Translations under genes and position numbers: made by a program
Notes under the pieces: generated by a model
Database searches by the model: none
What the model was told of the DNA's origin: nothing
What the model saw: the letters and a program-made list of their open reading frames with translations, nothing else
Shown here: one piece after another, positions 45,396 through 54,038 of the stretch
Position numbering within the stretch: the stretch's first letter is position 1
Layout of the letters: each line of letters opens with the position of its first letter
Source: a virus
Taxonomy: Duplodnaviria; Heunggongvirae; Uroviricota; Caudoviricetes
Strand: one strand, 5' to 3'
IMG/VR virus record: IMGVR_UViG_3300044814_000107
Coordinates: 3,224 to 67,223 of that record
Length of the DNA stretch: 64,000 bases

Positions 45396-48002
45396 CTAGT
45401 AGTCGTGGACGCCGGCGCCCATCGGGACGATCCCCGGAATGTCGCCCTTCGCGACGAACGAGCCGTGCGGCGCCGTCGCTGGCTTCCACATCTTCAGCTC
45501 CCAGAACCCCCAGACGAGCGCGTCCATGCGGTTCGGAGACTCGTCCGCGGGCGTCCAGGTCGTCATCTCGTCCTCGAGCTCGGGGAAGGCGCCGACGTGC
45601 CGGATCGTCGCCTGCTTCTCGTGCTCCACGTCGGAGAAGTAGAGGGCCGAGATCGGCTCCGCCCTGGTGCGCTTCCCGCGGCTGGCCGTGACGAGCCTGA
45701 CGGGGACCGTCGAGTCGTACCCCTTGATCGTCAGCTCGACCATCTCGCCGCCGTTGTTCGACTCGGCGACGATCTTGTCCGCCTTCCAGTCGTGGAAGGC
45801 GTCGACGCTCGCGGCCGCCCACGCCTTCGGGCCACCCTTGATCTGCGTGCGGTCGTCGAGGACGTACCCGAGACCGTCTTCGCCGAGCCCGACGACGACG
45901 ATCCCGGCCGCGTCGGCCGACTCGCCTGACGTCGTGTTCGGGTCGACGCCGACCACGATCTTTCGCATCCGGTCGCCCCACTCGTCCCGCAGCGCCGCGA
46001 CCCGCTGCCAGCCACCCTGAACGACCGGCGCTTCGACGCGGATAGCGTCGATCGCCGCGCGCGTCCAGAGCGCCCCCTCGACGTCCTCGAGCAGTTCGGC
46101 CTCGATCTCCTGCCGGCCCGTCCGCGTCCCCTCAAGCGGCGCGACGACCTCCTGCCACCAAACGTCCGAGAGGTTCTCGCGGTTCTCGTACGACGAGCCG
46201 CGGACGAGGACGTACGCGGCTCGCGTCTTCGTCAGTTCGACCAGCTCGCGCGTCAGCCGGTTCGCCTTCGGCGTCGACGTCAGCACCGCCCGCGGATGCA
46301 CGCCGAGGCGCAGACCCAGCGTCATGTTCGACCACGTCGTGTCCATCTGCGACCCGACAGCCGCGCCCTTCGCCGCGTCCTTCCACGACGAGGTCTCCTC
46401 GCACCATGCGTAGTGGTGCTGCGGGCCTCGGAGCCGGTTAGGCTCCTCCGACCCGAACCCCTTGTAGATCGTCCCGTTCGCGAGGGTCAGCTCGAGCAGA
46501 GACTTGTTCCAGGCGACGCTGCGCGACCCGCCGAGCAGCTCCGAATCGGCGAAGACGGAGAGCAGGCCGGTCTCGCCCTCGAAACAGGTAGCGCGGACAT
46601 CGCCGAGCGTCGGCGCGATCACCGCGATCCGGCGCCGCGGAGCTTCGAGGCCGCGCGCCCTGGCCCACTGCGCCGCGCTGACCGTGTTGTGGGTCGGAAT
46701 CATCGCGTCCCCGGCGAGGTAGATCCGGTGAGGCGAGCCGACGGCGACGCAGTACATCGGCAGATCGACGCCTGTCGGCTCGATATTCACGATCATCCGG
46801 TGAAGCGACCGGAACGCCTGCCGCCCGAGCGGCCGACACCGATCGGCCTTGCGAGGGAGCCGGAAGACGGGCAGCGTCGGCCGCCACGTTACGCGATAGC
46901 GGCGCTTGCACTCGCGGCCGTTCAGGAAGGACGGACCGTCGGAGAGGGACGGCTTCTGGCCTAGCGACGTCGCGAGTTCCATCACAGCCTCCGCGAGCTG
47001 CGGGAGAGACGACGCGAACTCGACGTGCGAGGTCTGCGCGACAGCATGTCCGTCCGAATCCATGAGCCCCTGCAAGAGCGCGAGTCTCTGCGCGATAGAC
47101 CCGCGCAGGTACGCGGCCGGGACGTGCTTATTACCGAGCAGCCCCTCCTCCCTGAGAAGTCCGCGCAGACCGCGCGTACCGACGTCATTCGGATGCGAGA
47201 GTCGCCGGGGCGAGAACGCGGCAGCCTCCTTGAAGAACGACGTCTGGTCGTCCGGATGAATCGTTAGCTGCCCCGAGATCGTCGTCCCATCGCCGAGCCA
47301 GTAGCCGAGGACGTACGGGTCGATCGGCAGGTCAGCCTCGGGAAGGTCGAGCGGTGCCGCGACCGGGATCGAGTGGTTCAGGTCACCGCGGACGCCTCTC
47401 CGCAAATCGAACGCGAGCTGCGCGGTCGTACGAACGCGCGGCCCCGGACCGTCCTCGACCCTCTGCGGCTCCCTGTCGCGCCTCCACGCCCGCCGTACGC
47501 GCCACGCAGGCCAGTCATCCGGAAGCCGCGTCGAGTCCTCATAGGCCGACCGGAGATACGCCTTCCGCGCCGCCTTATCCCATGTCGTCCACTGGTGATC
47601 GGCGCAGGCGAGGATCGAGCTCCCGTCCGAGAACGTCAACCGATACGCCTCGACGATGCGACGCTCCGACTTCCAAGTAACGCGCGTCGGGCACCCCTGC
47701 TCGTCGAGCAGAAGATCGCCTACCCGCACGTCGCGCATCGTCACCCACCCGGACGGCGTCGGAAGCCGCGTCTCCTCGTGCAGGAGCTTCCCGAAGCCGC
47801 GGCCGGCCATCAGGTACCAGAACACCCAGTCGCCCGCAGGCGCGAGCTGCTTCGGCCTGGCGCGGTACCGCCAGTTCGTCAGGGCCCGACGGGATAGCTC
47901 GTCGGGAGAGATGTTCGACTTCGCAGCCTCGTCCGCGAGCCACGCGCGTCGCTGCTCCGGCGCGAACCCGGCGACCCGCTCGAGCAGGGACTCCTCGGTC
48001 AC
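45396..48002 (-). CDS. terminase large subunit with a P-loop intein (868-aa precursor)
   Basis: The Walker A motif AGRGFGK is split before its final Thr by an insert that runs from LLHEETRLPTPSG to MIPTHN. The insert contains block B (CADHQW) and a LAGLIDADG-like segment (LGYWLGDGTT). The C-extein has nuclease-like residues (VVGVDPNTTSGESADAAGIVVVG) typical of a terminase nuclease domain. Confidence 0.85.
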   Translation of the reverse strand: MTEESLLERVAGFAPEQRRAWLADEAAKSNISPDELSRRALTNWRYRARPKQLAPAGDWVFWYLMAGRGFGKLLHEETRLPTPSGWVTMRDVRVGDLLLDEQGCPTRVTWKSERRIVEAYRLTFSDGSSILACADHQWTTWDKAARKAYLRSAYEDSTRLPDDWPAWRVRRAWRRDREPQRVEDGPGPRVRTTAQLAFDLRRGVRGDLNHSIPVAAPLDLPEADLPIDPYVLGYWLGDGTTISGQLTIHPDDQTSFFKEAAAFSPRRLSHPNDVGTRGLRGLLREEGLLGNKHVPAAYLRGSIAQRLALLQGLMDSDGHAVAQTSHVEFASSLPQLAEAVMELATSLGQKPSLSDGPSFLNGRECKRRYRVTWRPTLPVFRLPRKADRCRPLGRQAFRSLHRMIVNIEPTGVDLPMYCVAVGSPHRIYLAGDAMIPTHNTVSAAQWARARGLEAPRRRIAVIAPTLGDVRATCFEGETGLLSVFADSELLGGSRSVAWNKSLLELTLANGTIYKGFGSEEPNRLRGPQHHYAWCEETSSWKDAAKGAAVGSQMDTTWSNMTLGLRLGVHPRAVLTSTPKANRLTRELVELTKTRAAYVLVRGSSYENRENLSDVWWQEVVAPLEGTRTGRQEIEAELLEDVEGALWTRAAIDAIRVEAPVVQGGWQRVAALRDEWGDRMRKIVVGVDPNTTSGESADAAGIVVVGLGEDGLGYVLDDRTQIKGGPKAWAAASVDAFHDWKADKIVAESNNGGEMVELTIKGYDSTVPVRLVTASRGKRTRAEPISALYFSDVEHEKQATIRHVGAFPELEDEMTTWTPADESPNRMDALVWGFWELKMWKPATAPHGSFVAKGDIPGIVPMGAGVHDY
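46686..47786 (-). mobile_element. class-3-like intein (~367 aa) with a LAGLIDADG domain, in the TerL P-loop
   Basis: It has a non-nucleophilic Leu at position 1, the WCT signature residues (Trp after the block B His, Cys in block F at MYCVAV, Thr in block G at PTHN), and Thr as the +1 residue. Confidence 0.6.
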
Positions 48003-48490
48003 CCGCCGGCGGTCTGGCGGGCAGCCTCGCGCGCGTCCCTGCGCCGGCGCGCATCCGCGATCTCGTCGCAGCGACGCTCGAGCCGCTCAGCGATCGACTC
48101 GTCCTGAACGAGCTCGAGGTCGAGCGGGTCGCTGTCGTCGATCGGGACGAACTCCGCCGGCCTGCCCCAGCCGCGCTCGGCGAGGATCTTCGAGACCGCG
48201 AGCCGGTCACCGATCGAGACCGGCTCGTACGTCGTCTCCTTCTCGCCGGTCGGCTCGCCCTTCGCGTTCACGACGGTGCGCTGCGTTCGGAGCTCGCCGG
48301 AGAGGACAGCTCCCCAGAAGCCGACGAGGCTCTCGCCGTCGTCGCCGATGGTCTCGCGGACGCGGGATGCGAGGCCCTTCTTGCGGCCTCCGGGGTTGCC
48401 GGAGACGCCCTTCTCGAAGGGGCGGCCGACCGTCGCTGTTCTTGGGCTGTTCTCAGCGGGCGGTTCGGCTTGATCAAGCGGTTCGCGCAT
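47999..48490 (-). CDS. putative terminase small subunit
   Basis: It sits immediately upstream of TerL with an ATGA overlap. A GNPGGRKKG-type motif (FEKGVSGNPGGRKKG) is present. The CTAC-CCTC-GTAG motif lies 5 nt upstream of the ATG. Confidence 0.5.
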   Translation of the reverse strand: MREPLDQAEPPAENSPRTATVGRPFEKGVSGNPGGRKKGLASRVRETIGDDGESLVGFWGAVLSGELRTQRTVVNAKGEPTGEKETTYEPVSIGDRLAVSKILAERGWGRPAEFVPIDDSDPLDLELVQDESIAERLERRCDEIADARRRRDAREAARQTAGG

Positions 48491-48495
48491 TGGGA

Positions 48496-48507
48496 CTACG
48501 AGGGTAG
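48496..48507 (-). promoter_or_regulatory. CTAC-CCTC-GTAG variant, 5 nt 5' of the terminase small subunit ATG
   Basis: Same arms as the canonical motif, with a different 4-nt spacer. Confidence 0.4.
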
Positions 48508-48625
48508 CGCGCGAGGGGGTGAGCGGGCAAGTCCGCCGGCTTATCGGCGCTTCGACTTAGCGATCCCGATGATGCGGCCGTCACGGACGTAGAGGGTCAG
48601 TCGCCCAGCTACGTTCGTAGCACTT

Positions 48626-50221
48626 TCAGGCTACTCGGCGGCGTTTGTCGCGGGCGATAGCGGCGCTGATGAGGTCAGACGCCTCGCCCTTCGTCAGGCC
48701 GTCCGTGACCGGGATCCCGTGCTGGTGGAGGAACGCGACCTGCTTCCCGGACGGCGGCTTGGCCCTCCACGGAGCGGTCTTGTCGACGAGAGCCTTCACG
48801 CTGCTGTCCTGGTTACTGCGGAGGAACTCTTCGGCGACGCCCATCGCGTATCCGATGTCGAGTCCTTCGCCGAGGCTGACGTTGCGGCCACCCTTCTCGC
48901 GGCGTATCGCGTCCCATCGTTCGGCGGGTCGCGGGTGGAGGAAGATGTCGCCGAGGTCGCCGAGGTTGAGGAGCCAGCTTCCGTCCTCGAGGCGGAGCCA
49001 GTTGAGGTCCTTCCGCTCGAAGAGGTTCGCGACCTCCATGCCCGCGCCGCTGGCGGTCGGGTCCCAGAGGCCGGCGAGTTTCGCGGGGCCCTGCGCCAGG
49101 ATGCGAACGGCCCCTTCCTTTTCGCAGGATCCGGGCCGGAGGCCGAACATCTTCGGCAGCGACATGATGTCGAGGCGGTCGCTGTTTCCGACGAGGTCGA
49201 GGACGACGAGGTCGTCCTTGCCGGGGTGGAGGCGCGTGCCGCGGCCGACCATCTGGACGTAGAGCGGTCGGCTGCGCGTCGGGCGGGCGACGATGATGCA
49301 GCCGACGGATGGCTCGTCGTATCCCTCGGTTAGGACCATCGCGTTCGCGACGACGCGCGTCTCGCCTGATGCGAACCTGTCGAGGACGGCCCGACGGTCG
49401 GAGATGTCCATGAGTCCGTCGACGGCCTCGGCCGGGACTCCTGCGGCGCTGAACGTGGCCGCCATCTGGTGTGCGGCGACGACGGTCGGGGTGAAGATGA
49501 TCGCTTTGCGGCCGTCCGCGTGTTCGAGGTAGGAGTTCGCCGCGACTGAGTAGGCGTGCGTGGCGTTGAGCATCCCTTCGACGTCGCGGCCGACGAAGTC
49601 GCCTCGGCTGACGCGGAGCTTGCCCATGTCGTAGGCGAGCCGGACGGCGTAGGCGCGGACGTCGACGAGGTATCCAGCGGCGATCATTTCGCGGATGTCC
49701 TTGAAGTAGACGACACGCTCCCAGACGGCTCCGAGGCCGACCCTGTCTCCTCGCTCGAGGGTCGCGCTGACGCCAACGAGCAGCGAACCCGGCGCGCGGG
49801 CGTCGATGATCCGACGGTAGGTGGCGGCGACGGCGTGGTGGGCCTCGTCGATCACGGCCGTCGCGAACAGGTCGAAGGGGAACTCGTCGATTCTGCGCTG
49901 CCGGGAGAGCGACTGAACGCTGGCGATCACGACGTCGTGGTCGATGTCGTTGGTGCCCGCCTGGACGAATCCGATGTCGACCGCTGGGTTGATCTCCCGG
50001 TACTTGTCCGCCGCTTGGCGGAGTAGCTCGTCCCTGTGCGCGAGGATCAGCGTCCGGCCGAGGTGCTTCCGCTCCTCCGCGAGCTGCGAGAAGACGATCG
50101 TCTTGCCTGTCCCCGTCGGGAGTCCGACCGCTGGTGCCATGCAGCCATCGGCCGCGGCGGCGTGAATCGCATCTACGGCTTCTCGCTGGTACGGCCGAAG
50201 CCGGATCGTCGGAACGGTCAC
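48626..50221 (-). CDS. SF2 DEAD/DEAH-box helicase
   Basis: Motif I (LPTGTGKT), motif II (DEAHH), a SAT-like motif and motif VI (QMVGRGTR) are present. The GTG start lies 2 nt after the CTACGGTCGTAGCG motif. Confidence 0.8.
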   Translation of the reverse strand: MTVPTIRLRPYQREAVDAIHAAAADGCMAPAVGLPTGTGKTIVFSQLAEERKHLGRTLILAHRDELLRQAADKYREINPAVDIGFVQAGTNDIDHDVVIASVQSLSRQRRIDEFPFDLFATAVIDEAHHAVAATYRRIIDARAPGSLLVGVSATLERGDRVGLGAVWERVVYFKDIREMIAAGYLVDVRAYAVRLAYDMGKLRVSRGDFVGRDVEGMLNATHAYSVAANSYLEHADGRKAIIFTPTVVAAHQMAATFSAAGVPAEAVDGLMDISDRRAVLDRFASGETRVVANAMVLTEGYDEPSVGCIIVARPTRSRPLYVQMVGRGTRLHPGKDDLVVLDLVGNSDRLDIMSLPKMFGLRPGSCEKEGAVRILAQGPAKLAGLWDPTASGAGMEVANLFERKDLNWLRLEDGSWLLNLGDLGDIFLHPRPAERWDAIRREKGGRNVSLGEGLDIGYAMGVAEEFLRSNQDSSVKALVDKTAPWRAKPPSGKQVAFLHQHGIPVTDGLTKGEASDLISAAIARDKRRRVA

Positions 50222-50223
50222 CG

Positions 50224-50235
50224 CTACGACCGTAG
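50224..50235 (-). promoter_or_regulatory. start-associated motif CTACGGTCGTAGCG, immediately 5' of the helicase GTG
   Basis: Exact 12-mer. Confidence 0.55.
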
Positions 50236-50472
50236 CGCAGCGGTCGGACGGGATCTACGCAGCGCGGAGGAGTTCGAGCTCTTCGAGTTCGACAACGGAC
50301 TCGGGCAGCAGTCGCAGCGGCACCTTGAAGTCCTGCTCGACCTCGTGACGGATCATGGGAAGGTTCCGCCGGCGCGTCTCCGCGTCGATCCGTCTACGGA
50401 TCTCGTCGAGCTCCGGAACGGTGAGGGATCGCCTGTCGATGCGTGGAGTTGAGCAGATCCATCGGCCGGACG

Positions 50473-50841
50473 CTAGGCAACGCGCGCCGCGCGCCGCTCG
50501 AGCTGCTCGGCACGCTGACGGAGCCGACGCCGCTCGCACTCCCTCCGGCCCGAGGCGTAGACGTGCCGGTGACGGCAAGGCGGCAGGTCGCCGCGGAACG
50601 CGCGCATCAGCCGGGCGAGCATCTCGACCTGCGGGTGATGGTGGGCGCACGCGGTCACGCAGTTGTCCTCGTCGAGAGCGAGGTCGGGGCGCTGCTCGCG
50701 CGGGATCAGGTGATGGACGTGGAGGACGCCGCGGCAGTCCCCGCCGAGGAGACGGGCGACACTACAGCGGCCAGCGTCGCGCGCGAGAACGCGCTCGCGG
50801 ACGAGCTTCCACTCGGGTGAGGTGAGGAACGGGTCTGTCAC
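50473..50841 (-). CDS. HNH endonuclease
   Basis: HNH motifs are present: CRGVLHVHHLIPREQ and NCVTACAHHH. Confidence 0.75.
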   Translation of the reverse strand: MTDPFLTSPEWKLVRERVLARDAGRCSVARLLGGDCRGVLHVHHLIPREQRPDLALDEDNCVTACAHHHPQVEMLARLMRAFRGDLPPCRHRHVYASGRRECERRRLRQRAEQLERRAARVA

Positions 50842-50948
50842 AGCGGATCACCGCTAGGAGGATGCCCGACCCGTCGGACAGCAAAACGCCCATAGCGAGC
50901 GCGACGAGCCACAAGCAGGGCCGGTAGAGACTCTACGCCGTGCAGCGA

Positions 50949-51929
50949 TCAGAACGCGACGAGCGGCTCGAAGATCGGCAGCGACTCCTGGTTCGCCTCG
51001 TCCCCAGCAGCAGCGACGTTCTTCACGGCCTGCCGGTAGTAGCTCGGCTTCAACTCGACGCCGATCCCGAAGCGGCCGTTCTGGACGGCCGAGTAGACCT
51101 CCGACCCGACCCCCATGAATGGCGTCAAGACTCGCTCGCCGGGATTCGACCAGAGCACTACAGCCCGGTCGATCACGTCGAGTTGGAGCGGATGAACGTG
51201 CTTCTCGTCCTCGTCGTCGCGGGCCTCACGGAACGGGAGCACACGGTCGAGCCGCACGTCGTCCCAGAACGCGGATGCGTACTGTCGCCAGATCCAGTGC
51301 GAGTAGCGGTTCTCGGTCTGCTTGCCGTCGTAGCCGCGGTAGCGGAGCAGGTCCTCGGGGATAGATCGTTCGCCGGCGTAGTCCAGTAGGCCGTTCGGGT
51401 GTTCCACCGGGACGGGGTTTTCGCCGGCGCTGCGGAAGACGAGGAGGTAGTCGGCCGAGGCGACCGAGCAGCGCGTCGCGTCCTCGACGACTGTCCGGTG
51501 CGTGAGTCCCTTCACCATCGTCCGGTTGCGAACGGTGAGCGGCTCCTTCCAGACGTGGTAGCGGGCGACGTAGTCGAACCCGAGCTCGCGGTGGAGGCGG
51601 ATGATGTCGCCAGGGAAGTCCGTCAGGCCGTCGCCCTTGCCGGTGTTCCCGGTCGGCACGTCCATGCAGTGAACGCAGCTCATCCGACCCGGCATCGTCG
51701 CGCGACCGATCTCCTCAACAAAGAAGCGGTAGTGGTCGAAGAACTCGTCGTAGTCGCGGCTGTTCGAGAGATCCCGCTCGCTCGACGTGTACTGGTAGAG
51801 ACCCGCGAACGGCGGCGAGTAGATCGACAAATGGATCGACCCGTCAGGCAGAGACGGCATAACCTCCATCGCATCGCCGCAGTAGAGGGCGTATCGCTCG
51901 GTGAGCGTCTGGTCTACGACTTGAGCCAT
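50949..51929 (-). CDS. DNA methyltransferase (beta-class N6A/N4C; motif IV SPPF)
   Basis: Track ORF 50949..52367, trimmed to MAQVVDQTL. Motif IV (IYSPPFAG) precedes a C-terminal motif I (VLTPFMGVGSEVYSAVQNGRFGIGVEL), which is the permuted beta-class order. Confidence 0.75.
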   Translation of the reverse strand: MAQVVDQTLTERYALYCGDAMEVMPSLPDGSIHLSIYSPPFAGLYQYTSSERDLSNSRDYDEFFDHYRFFVEEIGRATMPGRMSCVHCMDVPTGNTGKGDGLTDFPGDIIRLHRELGFDYVARYHVWKEPLTVRNRTMVKGLTHRTVVEDATRCSVASADYLLVFRSAGENPVPVEHPNGLLDYAGERSIPEDLLRYRGYDGKQTENRYSHWIWRQYASAFWDDVRLDRVLPFREARDDEDEKHVHPLQLDVIDRAVVLWSNPGERVLTPFMGVGSEVYSAVQNGRFGIGVELKPSYYRQAVKNVAAAGDEANQESLPIFEPLVAF

Positions 51930-53317
51930 GCGGGTACCTCCATCGTGGTCTCGTAGGTTTGGGAGCGGGCGACATCGGTGGCGTCTCGCATGTGCGAGAC
52001 GAGAGCGTCGAACATCCGGTCGGCCTGCGCCGCCTTCCGCTCGAGGCTCCGTAGCGTCGACTCGCCGCCCGTCGTCGTGATGACATCGACGCGGACGGGG
52101 CGCGTCTGGCCGAACCGCCAGCTCCGGCGTACGGCTTGGTAGAACTGCTCGTAGGAGTGGTTCGGGAAGTACGTCATCCGGGCGCAGTGCTGCCAGTTCA
52201 AACCCCACGCTCCGATCGCGGGCTTTGTAACGAGAACGCGGATCTCGCCCCGCCCGAACGCGGCCAGCTTCTCCTCCTTCGCGTCGAGCGAATCGGCGCC
52301 CGAGACCTGGACTGCCCCGTCGATGAGCCGCGAGAGCAGGTCTCCCTCGTCGTTTAGCTGACACCACGCGACTCCGCTGTCGGCGCCTGCGAGCAGCTCG
52401 GCCGCGCGGTCGCAGCGCTCCTCGAGCGTCCGTCGCGCCTCCTCGCGCTCCTCGTTCAGACCTTGCGCCGGCAGATCGAAGAGTTGCCCCTCCCGCGGCC
52501 TGTTCGCGGCGATGATGTGGTCTACCTGCTCAAGTGGGGGAAGTACGAACTGGTCATCGGAGTAGCCGAGATCCGACGGCTTCCGCATCGACCGCGCCCA
52601 CGACGCGACCCAGCGCCAGAACGGGTCCTCAGCGTGGCCCTTGAAGCGCCAGTTCTCGCCGCCACGCGGACGCCACCGGCCACCCATCGACTGAGAGGTC
52701 TTCTCCTTGTTCGTGAAGAACCGAGAGAGCATGTCCATGTGGCCGAGATAGCCAAGCGCCTCGCTCGACGTACCGAGCTCGATGTAGTCGTTCGGCGCAG
52801 CCGTAGCGGTACAGAGAAGGCGGTAGGGAGTCTTGCGGACGAACTCAGTCACGGCCTGTCGGCGCACCCCGTCGAACGCCTTGATCGCGCTCGACTCATC
52901 GCAGACCACCGCTCCGAAGTCGCCCCGGTCGAATAGGTGAAGACGCTCGTAGTTCGCAACTGTGATTCCGGCTGCGATCTTCCCGTCGCGAGAGACAGCC
53001 GCCTCGATCCCGAACTTCTCTGCTTCCCCCTCGGTCTGGTATCCGACGGCGAGAGGCGTCAAAAGGAGAACGGGTTTCCCAGTCGCGCGGCGGGCGTTCT
53101 CTGCCCAGACGAGCTGCATCGGCGTCTTGCCGAGTCCGCAGTCAGCGAAGATCGCTGCTCGGCCCCGAGATACAGCCCACCTTACGAGGTCAGCCTGGAA
53201 GGGGTAGAGGAAGTCGGGCATCCACTCCGGGTCGAAGCCGCTCGCGGCGTCGAGTTGCGTCTTCCTCTCAAGGAAGTCGAGGTAGGTCGCGATCTCCTTC
53301 TGGGACGAGGACGCCAT
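51914..53317 (-). CDS. SF2 helicase-domain protein (possible partner of the methyltransferase)
   Basis: Motif I (ADCGLGKT), motif II (VCDESS), a TAT motif and a helicase-C motif (WRFGQTRPV) are present. The ATG lies 3 nt after the CTACGGTCGTAG motif. The 3' end overlaps the methyltransferase start. Confidence 0.7.
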   Translation of the reverse strand: MASSSQKEIATYLDFLERKTQLDAASGFDPEWMPDFLYPFQADLVRWAVSRGRAAIFADCGLGKTPMQLVWAENARRATGKPVLLLTPLAVGYQTEGEAEKFGIEAAVSRDGKIAAGITVANYERLHLFDRGDFGAVVCDESSAIKAFDGVRRQAVTEFVRKTPYRLLCTATAAPNDYIELGTSSEALGYLGHMDMLSRFFTNKEKTSQSMGGRWRPRGGENWRFKGHAEDPFWRWVASWARSMRKPSDLGYSDDQFVLPPLEQVDHIIAANRPREGQLFDLPAQGLNEEREEARRTLEERCDRAAELLAGADSGVAWCQLNDEGDLLSRLIDGAVQVSGADSLDAKEEKLAAFGRGEIRVLVTKPAIGAWGLNWQHCARMTYFPNHSYEQFYQAVRRSWRFGQTRPVRVDVITTTGGESTLRSLERKAAQADRMFDALVSHMRDATDVARSQTYETTMEVPAWLKS

Positions 53318-53320
53318 TAG

Positions 53321-53332
53321 CTACGACCGTAG
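53321..53332 (-). promoter_or_regulatory. start-associated motif CTACGGTCGTAGCTA, immediately 5' of the ATG at 53317
   Basis: Exact 12-mer. Confidence 0.55.
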
Positions 53333-53358
53333 CGTAAAGATCGGCCGGACAGGGGCCA

Positions 53359-53940
53359 CTACTCGCCCGTTCCTTCTACGTCTAGCTGGGGATGGCCCCT
53401 CAGTGCTTTCGCGCGGGATCTCCTACCCGCCCGCTTATCGGCTGTCGGGCTGAGTCCCATGAAGAACCCCGGCTGCACTCTCCACGCCTCCCATGCTCGG
53501 CCGACAGCGCCCGATCCAGGGAAGAGGTCATCAAGCAGATCGTCAGGTCGAGCGCCGAGCCACTCGAAGATCCAGCGCGAGAACGCTTCGGGCTTCTGCC
53601 CGATGACGTAGCTTTCGGGGATCGGACGCCACGTAAAGCCCTCGGTCTCGCAGTGGATCCAGTCGCGCAGATCCGCCGGCGGGCGGGCGCTTGAGACGAT
53701 CACCGGCTCCCAGCCGTAGCGGACGGTGTTCTTCACCCAGGCGAGAACACGTACTCCGGGCGGGCAGAGAGCGAGTATGTCTCTCAGCGCGGCAGCGCTG
53801 GTCGAGAGCGCCCAGCCGTCGTAGCCGACGAGCCGCTCGAGGAGCTCGACGTGGTCGACCTCGCCCGCGTAGTCCGGGTGGTCCGCGTACAGGTGGGCCT
53901 TCCCAGGGTACGGCGGATCGGCGTAGGCGAGTAGTAGTGG
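53359..53940 (-). CDS. MT-A70 family N6-adenine methyltransferase
   Basis: Track ORF 53359..54294, with the start placed downstream of the CTACGACCGTAG motif at the GTG of VPNEAPLLL. The catalytic motif is DPPY (LLLAYADPPYPG). Confidence 0.65.
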   Translation of the reverse strand, partial: PLLLAYADPPYPGKAHLYADHPDYAGEVDHVELLERLVGYDGWALSTSAAALRDILALCPPGVRVLAWVKNTVRYGWEPVIVSSARPPADLRDWIHCETEGFTWRPIPESYVIGQKPEAFSRWIFEWLGARPDDLLDDLFPGSGAVGRAWEAWRVQPGFFMGLSPTADKRAGRRSRAKALRGHPQLDVEGTGE

Positions 53941-53984
53941 CGCTTCGTTCGGCACGACAGGACGGTACTCGGCACCCCGGACAA

Positions 53985-53996
53985 CTACGGTCGTAG
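53985..53996 (-). promoter_or_regulatory. CTACGACCGTAG motif, about 40 nt 5' of the proposed MT-A70 gene start
   Basis: Exact 12-mer in the opposite centre orientation. Confidence 0.45.
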
Positions 53997-54038
53997 CGAA
54001 TAGTTCACGCAGGCAGTAGTCGCAGGTTTTCGTCTCGC

